Of a DNA stretch of 64,000 nt, positions 28,722 to 38,425 are shown one piece after another. The notes beneath the pieces were generated by a model, which had not been told where the DNA came from, searched no databases, and saw only the letters and a list, made by a program, of their open reading frames with translations. The DNA is taken from positions 32,001-96,000 of the IMG/VR virus record IMGVR_UViG_3300024262_000017, one strand, 5' to 3'. Position numbers and translations under genes: made by a program. Position 1 is the stretch's first letter, and each line of letters begins with the position of its first letter. The stretch is from a virus.

Positions 28722-29948
28722 GAACAATCGCAAGGAGACACTTTAGACTTTGCCAAGAATCTTGGTATCCTCACTGCTACACTGCGAACCGCCCGATCAG
28801 TTGTTGAAATGGCTTTCAAAAGTAAGCATGTACCCTGTCTCGTTGGAGAGGCCGGCATAGGTAAGACTGCAATCTATGGACAAATCGCTGCTGACAACGA
28901 CTGGGGTATCCTGTATTACTACCTGGCCCACAGTGAACCTGAAGACATTGTTGGTGTTCCCGTGCCAGACCAAAAAGGTGGAACCTTTCAGTATTACATT
29001 GAAAAACGAATTCACGACATCATTTATTCCAAGCGTCCGACCATCGTAGTTTTCGACGAATGGAATCGTGGAGATAAGCCTGTAACCAATGCGGCATTCC
29101 CTGCAATGGAATCCCGCCGCCTGGGTAGCATTGACTTGCCTGACCACATTTTCATTGGGGCAGCTATGAACCCCAGCGAAGGTACTTACTTCGTAAACGA
29201 GGCTGAAAAGGATCCTGCTTTCCGGAGACGTATGTGTTTCGTTGGGATTCGTGCTGACAAAAATGTGTGGTTGGATTGGGCACGAGGACGTGGAGAAATT
29301 CATCCGACTGTTATTGATTTCATCAATCGACAAGACCATGCTACCTTGCTCGATACCCAATCCAGGGATGCAGGGAAAACTTATGCTTGTCCTGCCAGCT
29401 GGGAAAAGATCAGCGACACCATCAAAATAGTTGAGACCATGGTCGTTGAAGACCACGCTCGTTGGGAAGAACTTTACCCAGTAATGCGTGTGAAGATGGC
29501 TGGGCATATTGGTGATGGTCTTTCCAGTGAGTTCCTGGCATTCCATCAAAACAACCTCGTTCTGGTCAACCCAAACGATGTGCTCACGGCGTACAATGCT
29601 CGGTCGAGAAGCCAGATTCTTGAGTTGGTTAATCAAAATAACCACCCTGCTCTCACTCGGGCAGCCGACGCAGTCAGTACGGCTATTGCGTCTAGCACCT
29701 TTGAACCGGAAGACATTGTTGAAAACATCAGCGACTTTGCAAACGACCTTCCCCATGATATTTCTGGTGCGTTCTTCCGGAAGATTTCACAAGCAATGAA
29801 AGAAGCTGCTGATGAAGACCGTCGTGTTCGTATGACACGAGCCCTGGGAAAGTGTCCTGCGTTCAAGGAATCCTTCTTGACTATTACATCGTCATTCGAA
29901 CGAACTGAGGGTGACCGTGCAAAGGAACAGGAAACCAAAGGAAACTAG
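28710..29948 (+). CDS. MoxR-like AAA+ ATPase
   Basis: GEAGIGKT, VFDEWNRG, AAMNP, DPAFRRR. Confidence 0.88.
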   Translation: MSPQEQSQGDTLDFAKNLGILTATLRTARSVVEMAFKSKHVPCLVGEAGIGKTAIYGQIAADNDWGILYYYLAHSEPEDIVGVPVPDQKGGTFQYYIEKRIHDIIYSKRPTIVVFDEWNRGDKPVTNAAFPAMESRRLGSIDLPDHIFIGAAMNPSEGTYFVNEAEKDPAFRRRMCFVGIRADKNVWLDWARGRGEIHPTVIDFINRQDHATLLDTQSRDAGKTYACPASWEKISDTIKIVETMVVEDHARWEELYPVMRVKMAGHIGDGLSSEFLAFHQNNLVLVNPNDVLTAYNARSRSQILELVNQNNHPALTRAADAVSTAIASSTFEPEDIVENISDFANDLPHDISGAFFRKISQAMKEAADEDRRVRMTRALGKCPAFKESFLTITSSFERTEGDRAKEQETKGN

Positions 29949-30601
29949 GCGAGGGTTGACAATTCATTTTTGAGTTGCCGTGCCATCCTTTCAACATACA
30001 GGTGCACAGCACTCAAGTAACCAATCTGAACATCGAGGGGGGTCTCGGCAAGTTTTAATTCTTTCAGTTTTGACTTGTCGAGCCCTTCCCATCGTTTGCG
30101 AATTTGTTCTTTCAGTTCGATGTTTCCTTGGTTCAACTTATCAAGTTCATCTTGAGCGAAGGAAAGTAACTCCGGGGCAAGCACATAGCCTGTTCGATGC
30201 ATACTGACAGCAGCATAGCGTTCAGGCTCATGGTCAAATTCGCCTGCTTCCTGCAGTTGGCGATTCAACAAAAGCTTAGCCTCAAAGACGGCCCAGGAAA
30301 GTTGTGCAGGTGATGCTTCTTGGATAGCGTCAGTCATAACAGGTAGATCATTGAATGCCATTGCTGTGTTTTCAAACATCGCAGCATCCCAATAGAATCC
30401 ACCTGTTTGAATGAGTGTAGTTGCAGCCATTAGCTTGTCTCGGTTTACAGTGTCCATATTAATTTTGTTATCATCGAGTTCAAGCCAAATAGATTCAGGT
30501 TCCCAAGCAAGGAAAGACGGCCCCAGCAATTGCTTGGCTGCTTCAAAAATCGCTGTAGCAGTGGCATCCTCTTTCGTGAGGATTTCACGCGGCGAGGACA
30601 T
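29945..30601 (-). CDS. Hypothetical (probable virion) protein
   Basis: 218-aa ORF in a coupled minus-strand trio. Confidence 0.7.
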   Translation of the reverse strand: MSSPREILTKEDATATAIFEAAKQLLGPSFLAWEPESIWLELDDNKINMDTVNRDKLMAATTLIQTGGFYWDAAMFENTAMAFNDLPVMTDAIQEASPAQLSWAVFEAKLLLNRQLQEAGEFDHEPERYAAVSMHRTGYVLAPELLSFAQDELDKLNQGNIELKEQIRKRWEGLDKSKLKELKLAETPLDVQIGYLSAVHLYVERMARQLKNELSTLA

Positions 30602-30603
30602 TA

Positions 30604-31068
30604 TTAGTAAGACCCCTCGCTATACTGTGGCGGGTACTGCGTTCCGTATTGTTGAGCACCAGGGTAATAGTCTGCTTCAGGGATTCCTTCAGGAGATGGG
30701 GGGAAAGAAGCCATACCTCCATCACCCGGGGTGAGACCAAACCCTCCACCGCCACCCATACCTGACAGACTCTGTGTCAAGCCTGTCATCAGTTCCTGGT
30801 TTCCTAGCAGACCTTTTGCAGTGTCACCCACACGTTGTAGCACGGAAGGATCATCTTCACGTGGATAAGCAGCAAGCCCTGCACCAAGGCCGGCAAGCCC
30901 TACACCACCGCCTAAGAGAGCTTTCTTTGCAGGAGACATATTTTTGAGGCCCGTCCATGCTCGACTTAGAAAACCTGCTTTGCCGCCCGCAGCTTCCTTA
31001 TTCATGTCGGACAACCCAGCTTCTTCAAAAGCCGCTTGAACACCAAGTTGATACGCTACCTTGAGCAT
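30604..31068 (-). CDS. Gly-rich protein, AYxLG family
   Basis: MLKVAYQLGVQAAFEEAGLSDMNKEAAGG; GGAG RBS. Confidence 0.7.
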   Translation of the reverse strand: MLKVAYQLGVQAAFEEAGLSDMNKEAAGGKAGFLSRAWTGLKNMSPAKKALLGGGVGLAGLGAGLAAYPREDDPSVLQRVGDTAKGLLGNQELMTGLTQSLSGMGGGGGFGLTPGDGGMASFPPSPEGIPEADYYPGAQQYGTQYPPQYSEGSY

Positions 31069-31069
31069 C

Positions 31070-32062
31070 TCAGACTCCCTGCGCCAAGAGCGCTTTTTGC
31101 AAATCAAATGGGATGGTAGGCCAGATAACTTTGAACTGCTCTGGGTCTACTTCTCCATTACCATCCAAGAATTCTGCCGCGAGGTCATCACCTACGAGGT
31201 CTTTGTAGATGTCACCGTCGATGGCCAGGAGCCGGTCCAGGGGTACTTGCTGACCGGCTACCTCCATCATCTCATCGGCCACCTTGTCAGTATTGAAAAC
31301 CGTGCTGAGGGGGTCTAAGAGAGTCCGGTCGTAGTACTTGCCGAGGCCAGCTGCTTCATCCAACTCATGTATCGCAGCAGCAACTTTGATAAGGTCACTA
31401 CGGTCAGAAATAAACCGCGGCAATTGATGAGCCTCTTCGGCTAACTTCGTGTATCCGTAGTGAAGAGCAGGGTCTGTGGTGCGTTCACTGCGAGCCAGCA
31501 CCCAGTCCCGCAAGACCCGAGTGTCACACATGGTCGTACCTGCGAACTTCAAAATCTGAGTAGGTAATTTGACTTCATGTGCAACAGCCTTTTTGACAAG
31601 GTTGAGGCTTGCCTTGGCACGACTGTCAATGTCCATGCTCTTGTAATTTCGCTGGATGGCTTCTGCAGCGTTCGTTACATCAGACGCAGTTTTGACGCGC
31701 AGGCGCCGAATGTCTGGCAACAGATAGTCCTCTGAGTCATCCGCGGCAACCTTCTCAACGGCTGAAAGGTCTAAGGAAATCCCAAACAATTCCAATGCTT
31801 TGTCACAGGTTGCAATGACACTCTGTTCTACACCGGCTTGCTTCTCCATATAGAGACGAGACAACGCAGCATGTCCTGGGGTGTCGATGGGGAATTTTCG
31901 ATTGATGCTGTCTGCGAACTGAGAATCAGCCCGCTTCTCGTTTTCTTCTGGGCTCATCTCAGCAGTCTTGATGTGCTCGACTGCCTGGGGGTACTCGTGA
32001 ATGAGCCGATTTAATTGAAGAAAACTGGAATCGGAGAATTGGTCAGTCACAATGTATTCCAC
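31070..32062 (-). CDS. Probable head-associated protein with several K-x-A sites
   Basis: FAD...RKFPIDTPGHA segment; IKTA, EKQA, EKVA, DKVA; GGAGG RBS and own promoter. Confidence 0.65.
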   Translation of the reverse strand: MEYIVTDQFSDSSFLQLNRLIHEYPQAVEHIKTAEMSPEENEKRADSQFADSINRKFPIDTPGHAALSRLYMEKQAGVEQSVIATCDKALELFGISLDLSAVEKVAADDSEDYLLPDIRRLRVKTASDVTNAAEAIQRNYKSMDIDSRAKASLNLVKKAVAHEVKLPTQILKFAGTTMCDTRVLRDWVLARSERTTDPALHYGYTKLAEEAHQLPRFISDRSDLIKVAAAIHELDEAAGLGKYYDRTLLDPLSTVFNTDKVADEMMEVAGQQVPLDRLLAIDGDIYKDLVGDDLAAEFLDGNGEVDPEQFKVIWPTIPFDLQKALLAQGV

Positions 32063-32100
32063 GTTAGAACCTCCACCGGGGGTGATACCGAACTTATAGA

Positions 32101-32129
32101 ATAATATGGCATAACGCCCAAAGGAACAA
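32101..32129 (-). promoter_or_regulatory. Promoter TTGTTC-17-TATTAT
   Basis: Shared consensus. Confidence 0.55.
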
Positions 32130-32154
32130 GCAGATTTTGCAAAAGGAGAGAAAA

Positions 32155-33888
32155 GTGGACTCGTCCATGACCGATGTATTCTGTTACCTCATGTCCAGCC
32201 GGGTGCAAGACCTCTGTGGACGCATTCTCTCAGCCCTGGAGCGCCGAGAAAGCCACGAAGTTTCGATGATGGCTGTAGGGGTGCACAACAGGCACTACGT
32301 CCTGCTCTACAACCCTGCTTGGGTTGCAAAAGCACACTACGAAGACGTGGTTGCCACCATTAGACACGAGGCTTACCATGTAATCCTCGAACATATCCCT
32401 CGACAACTGGAAGCTGAGGCAACCATAACTGCAAGTGGAGATATGAAGGCCGCGAGTATCTTCCGTAAAGTGACACCCTTTGCTTGTGATATGGCTGCAA
32501 ATTCACTCCTCATTGACGCTTCAGACAATGAGTACATGCGTGAGCATAGACACGAATGGGTGCTCCCAGGCTTTGGTAAGTTCACGAGCATGTCACCAAA
32601 GCAGACAATTGAATACTACATCCGAAAACTTACAGAGGATATTCAAAATCAAAAAAAAGATGACAGAATCGAACAAGCCATAAACGACATTCTAAGCAGT
32701 ATAGGTTTCGGGCAGAGTAAAAACAACAGTGACATGTTTGAAGACGCCCGAGACCAGGAGAGTTCCAAAAAGGAAAAAGGAGACAGCAGTAAAAAAGGTG
32801 AAGGTGAAGGTGAAGGTGAAGGTGAAGGTGAAGGTGAAGGTGAAGGTGAAGGTGAAGGTGAAGGTGAAGGTGAAGGTGAAGGTGAAGGTGAAGGTGAAGG
32901 TGAAGGTGAAGATGAAGGTGAAGGTGAAGGTGAAGGTGAAGGTGAAGGTGAAGGTGAAGGTGAAGGTGAAGGTGAAGGTGAAGGTGAAGGTGAAGGTAAG
33001 GGCAAAGGTAAGGGCAAAGGTAAGGGCAAAGGTAAGGGCAAAGGTAAAGACAAGGAAAAAGGAGAAGAGAGTGAAGAAGATGATGCCAACGGTTCTTCGG
33101 GTGAGTCAAAGTCTAAAGATAAGGACACACCGTCAGGTATAGGGTTTGACTTGCTGAAAAACCATGAAGATTGGAACACAGAAAACTTAGATGAGCCCCC
33201 GGAAAGCAAGAGCAACCTTGCAGATGAACTTCGATATCAAGGTAAGGCAATCATTAAACACGCTGTTGCTGAGCACAGCAAAGGCTGTGGAACAATGCCG
33301 GCTGGTATGGGAGAAGTAATCCGTGAACTGCTTAAAGAACCCCAAGTTCCCTGGACTCGAATTTTCAGAAACATAGTTGCATCTGCCAGGAGCACGACAC
33401 GACGTCGGTCAATTGGTCGCCCGAATCGTCGACACATTGCAGTGCCTGGGCTGGCTGCTTTTCCTGGAAAGAAAAAGAATCGTACGTTTCATATTGCTTT
33501 TTGCATTGATACGTCCGGTTCAATGGGTAGTGCTGAATTGGAAATGGGCCTCAATGAACTACGAGGTATGCGCAAGATTGACAAAGACATGCGCGTCACT
33601 GTTATCGAGGCTGATGCTGCAGTGGAGCGTGTGTACGAGCTCGGAGATGAGCATGCAGCAATCAAGTACTCGGTACAAGGCCGTGGTGGTACGTCCTTCG
33701 ACCCAGCACTTCTTCATGTTCAAACGCTTCAACCAAAGGCAGATGCGGTCTTCTATTTCACCGATGGTTATGCACCACCGCCGGCTAAGGAAAGTCGTGT
33801 CCCGTGTTTGTTTGCATGGATCATCACACCCCGAGGAACTGTTCCTGGTGAATGGGGTTTGTCTATCAAAACGAAACCGTACCTCTAG
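32155..33888 (+). CDS. HEXXH metallopeptidase-like plus vWA domain protein (DUF2201-like MoxR partner)
   Basis: HEAYH, ACDMAAN; MIDAS IDTSGSM...GGTSF...FTDG; low-complexity GE/GK linker. Confidence 0.88.
   Translation: MDSSMTDVFCYLMSSRVQDLCGRILSALERRESHEVSMMAVGVHNRHYVLLYNPAWVAKAHYEDVVATIRHEAYHVILEHIPRQLEAEATITASGDMKAASIFRKVTPFACDMAANSLLIDASDNEYMREHRHEWVLPGFGKFTSMSPKQTIEYYIRKLTEDIQNQKKDDRIEQAINDILSSIGFGQSKNNSDMFEDARDQESSKKEKGDSSKKGEGEGEGEGEGEGEGEGEGEGEGEGEGEGEGEGEGEGEDEGEGEGEGEGEGEGEGEGEGEGEGEGEGKGKGKGKGKGKGKGKGKDKEKGEESEEDDANGSSGESKSKDKDTPSGIGFDLLKNHEDWNTENLDEPPESKSNLADELRYQGKAIIKHAVAEHSKGCGTMPAGMGEVIRELLKEPQVPWTRIFRNIVASARSTTRRRSIGRPNRRHIAVPGLAAFPGKKKNRTFHIAFCIDTSGSMGSAELEMGLNELRGMRKIDKDMRVTVIEADAAVERVYELGDEHAAIKYSVQGRGGTSFDPALLHVQTLQPKADAVFYFTDGYAPPPAKESRVPCLFAWIITPRGTVPGEWGLSIKTKPYL
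32797..33048 (+). repeat. Coding tandem repeat (GGTGAA)19-GATGAA-(GGTGAA)13 then (GGTAAGGGCAAA)4-GGTAAA
   Basis: Read directly; encodes (GE)n followed by (GK)9. Confidence 0.97.
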
Positions 33889-33896
33889 GAGAAACA

Positions 33897-34676
33897 ATGA
33901 CGCGTGTAAAACAAGCGATTGTGCTTCGAGTGCATCGCAACGTCGCTGGCATGTCCTTTCCTTGGGACTGTGTCTACTTTTTTCGACGTTCGGAGGAGAC
34001 ACTCCTCCCGAAAATATTTCCCTGTTCATTGGTGGTAAGCCTAACTAAACCTTTTACTCGGCTTATAAGACGCGCAGTTGATAACCCTCGGGGAGACAAA
34101 GAAGTAAATCGAGCATACCCACAACATAGAAAAGATGAACACCAACTGACAGAACGTGCTAACCGTGTAGGTAACTCACCCATTGATACCGTGTTAAACA
34201 ACCCAAAAGATTATGTTGCACTCATCCCTACACTGCATCTACGTGGCGACAGTGCTAAAGGTAGAACTGGGCCTGCTTACTTGGTAGCCAAGCCCCGTGC
34301 ACGAGCAATGAACTCCACATCTACTGTTGCCAAAAAGAATAAGCACGGAAAGATAGTCAATACCGAAAGAGGAAAATTCACTTCAAGCCAGGCTATTAGA
34401 CACAACATACTGAAAAAGTTAATGGGGGAGTCAGTAACAAATAGCTCATACTTTTTGTATTACGGTGAAAAGATTCAACCCGTCTGTCTGTGTTGTCCAA
34501 ACAACCTGGATTTTCTGGATGGGAAATGTACCTTCGGTGAAGCCAGGTGTTACCTAGCACTTGACCAAGCAAAGCGTGGGGATTTCATTGAAGCCCTACA
34601 CACCTACAAAGAATTGATTCAAGACCGAGAAGAACCGGAGGTATCCGATGAGCAGTTACCACGGAACGCGGTCTGA
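33897..34676 (+). CDS. Basic protein with C-terminal Cys cluster, immediately upstream of the RT
   Basis: GGAG RBS; CLCCP...C...C motif; overlaps the RT start by 29 nt. Confidence 0.7.
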   Translation: MTRVKQAIVLRVHRNVAGMSFPWDCVYFFRRSEETLLPKIFPCSLVVSLTKPFTRLIRRAVDNPRGDKEVNRAYPQHRKDEHQLTERANRVGNSPIDTVLNNPKDYVALIPTLHLRGDSAKGRTGPAYLVAKPRARAMNSTSTVAKKNKHGKIVNTERGKFTSSQAIRHNILKKLMGESVTNSSYFLYYGEKIQPVCLCCPNNLDFLDGKCTFGEARCYLALDQAKRGDFIEALHTYKELIQDREEPEVSDEQLPRNAV

Positions 34677-35694
34677 CCTGGTTGAGTTTCCACAACAGAT
34701 TAAATATGATTTACCCTTAGCAATCTGTGACAGGTCACTCGCGTATCACTTAGGCATTCACAACCGCACTCTATGGTTTTGTGTGCTCAAGAAGAATAAG
34801 CTCTACACGTTATTCTCCCTTGAAAAGCGTGGCCGCGGAGGCGGTCGCAGAGGGATTCAGAATCCAGACAAGCGCCTCAAGAAAATTCAAAGTGTATTCC
34901 TTGTTCGTTTCCTGAACAACATCCCTGTGGGTGACCATGTGGGTGCTTACATTCAAGGTCGCAGTTGCTTAGACACAGCCAAGCAGCATGTAAAAAGTTC
35001 AGTCATTGTTTCCATGGACATCAAGGATTTTTTCCCATCTGTTCAACGAGCAATGATACGAAGATACTTTCTGAGCATTGGGTATGGTTACCGGGTAGCT
35101 AGTCTCATGGCTGACTTGGTAACTTACAAGAACTTCCTTCCTCAGGGAGCTCCAACTTCAGGCATGGTTGCAAATTTGGTTGCAGATTGGAAGTTTGACC
35201 AACCAATCATGCGGGACTTGAAACGCTTAGATCCTCAGTGGCGTTACACACGCTACTCAGATGACATCGACGTTTCTCATCCTGAAAAGCAAACACGAGA
35301 ACGAGTGTTGGAAGTAGTGAACATTGTACGGGCTCGGGTGTCTGCAGCAGGTTTTCGTATCAATGAACAAAAGACAAAGCTGGAGCCTTATTGGAATCGG
35401 CAGAAAGTTCTCGGGGTTGTCGTCAATGAAAAGCCTAACGTTCCACGCATTGAGTACATGCGTACCAAGGCAATCATACACAACTGTACTGTCAATGGTT
35501 TTGTATCTCAATTTAGAAGAGCCAAAAAGACAAGTGCAGCAGCACTGATTTCTCACATACGCGGGAAGCTTGCTTACTTCAAGTCAATTGACAAACTCAA
35601 AGCAGAAAAGCTGAAGCGTAAATTTGATATTGCTTTAGAACTCCACATAGAAGAATCGAAAGACGAGGTGGACTTTGGTACAACTAACGCTTGA
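34648..35694 (+). CDS. Retron-type reverse transcriptase
   Basis: K..GGRRGI..P, TAKQH (NAxxH-like region X), MDIKDFFPS, LPQGAPTS, YTRYSDD, KT...RQKVLGVVVN (VTG-like region Y); 348 aa. Confidence 0.92.
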   Translation: MSSYHGTRSDLVEFPQQIKYDLPLAICDRSLAYHLGIHNRTLWFCVLKKNKLYTLFSLEKRGRGGGRRGIQNPDKRLKKIQSVFLVRFLNNIPVGDHVGAYIQGRSCLDTAKQHVKSSVIVSMDIKDFFPSVQRAMIRRYFLSIGYGYRVASLMADLVTYKNFLPQGAPTSGMVANLVADWKFDQPIMRDLKRLDPQWRYTRYSDDIDVSHPEKQTRERVLEVVNIVRARVSAAGFRINEQKTKLEPYWNRQKVLGVVVNEKPNVPRIEYMRTKAIIHNCTVNGFVSQFRRAKKTSAAALISHIRGKLAYFKSIDKLKAEKLKRKFDIALELHIEESKDEVDFGTTNA

Positions 35695-37147
35695 TATCCC
35701 AGAAGTAAAAATCCAAGGACGCTTCTCCTTTGCGTTATGGGCATATGATACTAACACCAGCTTTTATGGTCGTAAGTGGCGTGCTCACCGAGCTAGAGAT
35801 GGTCTGTGCATTGTGTTTGGCCCTCCACATAATGCACCCGCTGTTAACGATGTGGATTATTTACGGCAAGTAATGGATGCACCCTTTATTCCTACGCTTG
35901 TTAACCCCAATGGACCTATTTGGTTTGAGCAACTACGCAAGCATATTGTTGTCACAGAACAAATGTCTTTCTTGCGTCGGGTTTCTAAGGGTGCCATGGG
36001 ACAGGGTATTGGGTTGCTTGAAAAGAAAAATGGTAAGTGGGAAAAAACAGTGTGGGAATATTTTGACCTGTACAAACACTGTTTCAATCTAGAAAAGGTA
36101 GCATCCAATTGTGTTGACTGTGTAGAAAATAATAGGGGGTGTTTCTTGTACACTGCTACTTCCATGTGTAATGAACAAGGACTCCCGGTACCTGTGTTTC
36201 CCCCTGAAGAAGAAGACAGTGAACCAGTGATTGACACCATGGAAACTGAAGACATCGGAGCCTTCTGCACAGCTGTGAGTAAAGGAACACGATGGGAATA
36301 TGTTTCTCCTCGTGATGCTAACGACGATCCATTTTCTCCAATGCTTCTCAACATTGAAGAGCTAGAGTTTCACCATGTAGAAGCAAACCGAGAAAAGCGG
36401 CATGACACTGCAGTGAAGTCTGCTGCTACACGCAAAGCTGTAAAAATATGTGAGAAGGAATGCTGCTACCATCAGTACTGTAGTCTTTCTACGAAGCCTT
36501 ACAATGGAATACCACAAGAATGCCAAGCAGGGTCATCATATGTGTCACTCTCAGTAGGTGGCCCTTATACTGAAGAGCAGTTCAATGATTCCTTCAAACA
36601 ATTCTGGGATTGCCTACCTCATATTGACAGGAGAAAGGTTGAACTGATTGCTCAGAATGGTGGCCTAATTACTAACTTGTATGGGCGTGAACTCATGCTG
36701 CAGCGCATGTCTGAAGACATGGATGCAGTGGATTTCCTATGGGTTGGTAGCGGGGATACCCTGCGGGTAGACTTTGAAGAAGCCGTCTTGCTTTGCACGA
36801 CTCCGTTTTTTAGTGGTAAAAAATATGTCTACCCTGGGTGGGAAGACGCAGGCCCCATGCCAGATGAGTTGTTCCACACTTATGTTGAAATCTGCCAGCA
36901 TGATGAAACGCTACAAGGTGGCTGGGGGTTCTCAAACAGCTACCCTATTATTCGAGAAGTTGAATGGTGTGGATACAGTATTCGTTTTGACACTAACAAG
37001 AGTTGGTGCTCAGGACGTTGCATGGGCGTGTTCGAATTTGTAAGTCGCTATGCGCGTGGAACATTCCCAAAAACCGCAAAGCATATTAGGTTACAGGAAG
37101 AGGCGGAAATGGTTCATCAGGAGACCAGCTTGAACATGCAGCTTTGA
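35675..37147 (+). CDS. Cys-rich hypothetical protein coupled to the RT
   Basis: GAGGTG RBS with TTG start overlapping the RT end; CVDC..C..C and CEKECC...C..C clusters. Confidence 0.65.
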   Translation: MVQLTLDIPEVKIQGRFSFALWAYDTNTSFYGRKWRAHRARDGLCIVFGPPHNAPAVNDVDYLRQVMDAPFIPTLVNPNGPIWFEQLRKHIVVTEQMSFLRRVSKGAMGQGIGLLEKKNGKWEKTVWEYFDLYKHCFNLEKVASNCVDCVENNRGCFLYTATSMCNEQGLPVPVFPPEEEDSEPVIDTMETEDIGAFCTAVSKGTRWEYVSPRDANDDPFSPMLLNIEELEFHHVEANREKRHDTAVKSAATRKAVKICEKECCYHQYCSLSTKPYNGIPQECQAGSSYVSLSVGGPYTEEQFNDSFKQFWDCLPHIDRRKVELIAQNGGLITNLYGRELMLQRMSEDMDAVDFLWVGSGDTLRVDFEEAVLLCTTPFFSGKKYVYPGWEDAGPMPDELFHTYVEICQHDETLQGGWGFSNSYPIIREVEWCGYSIRFDTNKSWCSGRCMGVFEFVSRYARGTFPKTAKHIRLQEEAEMVHQETSLNMQL

Positions 37148-38420
37148 CTGCGTCGTAGGCAGCCTCCAGATTGTCATAGGCGGTCTGGAGGTTTGCCTGC
37201 GCTGTATTGTAAGCCGCCTGGGTTGTAGTCATTGCTTTCTGTGCAGCAGTTACCTCAGCTGTCTTGGTGCTTACCTGGCTTGAAACGTTGTTCTTAGTGA
37301 GTGTCATTTCATTGACGCCCGATGCGGCAGTAGAAGCGTCGGTCTCACCTGTGAGTCTCGCAGTAGCAAAGCGGTCACGGCTACCTTCTAATGCAGGTAG
37401 ATTAGGACCTTCACCTGTGTCTACAATGACAACAGCTGGTTGAGCCATATCCCAGAACATCCCTGGTTGAGTCGTGATGTTTACAGTATTGACGAGAGCA
37501 AATTCATTATCAACATATGGTGTGTTAGGAGTGATGAGCCACGTACGAGCGTCGTTATCAAAAGCAATCAGTGTACCTACGCTCGTACCACCACTGGGGG
37601 CATCAGTAACAAGACCTCCGATGTCTGCGCTTGTAAGGTCAGTATAGATTGCAATGTTGTCCATCGTTAATTCAATGGCGCGTTCTTGATACCGCGGGAA
37701 GTAATGTTTGTAATCCTCAATGAACTTATCTGTTTCAGAGAGGAATGCCTTTCCATACACAACAGCCAGGTTGTTTAAAGAGCTTTGGGCATTCGTCAAG
37801 TAGGTCAATGATGTTTGCATTGACGCTTGGAAGGCCGTCCAATCTGCAAGCGCTGTAGTTGCCGTTGAAAGATTTGTGCCTGCATTTGTGAGGTCTGTTT
37901 GTGCTGAACTTAGCGCAGTTTCAGAATCTTCGTAAGCAGTGTACGCGTCAGCGTAAGTTGTCTTCAAGGCTTCGATGGTTGTGGAGTCAGTTGAGGGATA
38001 GTACTTAGCTTCCTCAGGTGACGTTTTGAAAGCAGCATCATACGTTGCAAACTCAGTAACGAGGGTGTTGAGTCGGTCTGATATTGCTGCGACTGCAGCG
38101 TTGGCAACATCAAAATCAGTGTAGTCTTTGGTGAAAGCATCTGCACGCCAATAGCTTTTGCCACTGGCAATTGCAGCAGAGCGGTCAGGCTTATAGCCAG
38201 CTTCATCAGGGTCTAAATTGAGTGCATCCAAATCAGCCAGCTGAACAATTCGTGTGAAGACATCTTGCTGGGGGTCATCATCATCGACTAACTCCATCAA
38301 AAAAAGATGGGTGTCAGGCATTGGTCCCTTGTCTACACACTGAACTACAACGCGAAAAGTCTGAACACCATTTACGAATATGACGCCACGTGTTTCACGC
38401 GTTTGTACCTGGGTTCCCAT
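37086..38420 (-). CDS. Virion protein with coiled-coil segments
   Basis: Ala/Thr-rich heptads; N-terminal domain paralogous to 38426..38833. Confidence 0.7.
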   Translation of the reverse strand: MGTQVQTRETRGVIFVNGVQTFRVVVQCVDKGPMPDTHLFLMELVDDDDPQQDVFTRIVQLADLDALNLDPDEAGYKPDRSAAIASGKSYWRADAFTKDYTDFDVANAAVAAISDRLNTLVTEFATYDAAFKTSPEEAKYYPSTDSTTIEALKTTYADAYTAYEDSETALSSAQTDLTNAGTNLSTATTALADWTAFQASMQTSLTYLTNAQSSLNNLAVVYGKAFLSETDKFIEDYKHYFPRYQERAIELTMDNIAIYTDLTSADIGGLVTDAPSGGTSVGTLIAFDNDARTWLITPNTPYVDNEFALVNTVNITTQPGMFWDMAQPAVVIVDTGEGPNLPALEGSRDRFATARLTGETDASTAASGVNEMTLTKNNVSSQVSTKTAEVTAAQKAMTTTQAAYNTAQANLQTAYDNLEAAYDAVKAACSSWSPDEPFPPLPVT

Positions 38421-38425
38421 GTGAA

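Noticed and set aside
28797-29756. 319-aa minus-strand ORF
   Set aside because: Antisense to the motif-complete MoxR ATPase.
32630-33215. (HL)n, (SP)n and (KV)n ORFs, or a CRISPR call on the repeat
   Set aside because: Alternative frames of the hexamer repeat; there are no spacers.
34648-35694. DGR or group II intron interpretation of the RT
   Set aside because: QGAPTS, TAKQH and VLG motifs are retron-like. No maturase domain, and no TR/VR pair noticed by eye (a self-alignment would be decisive).
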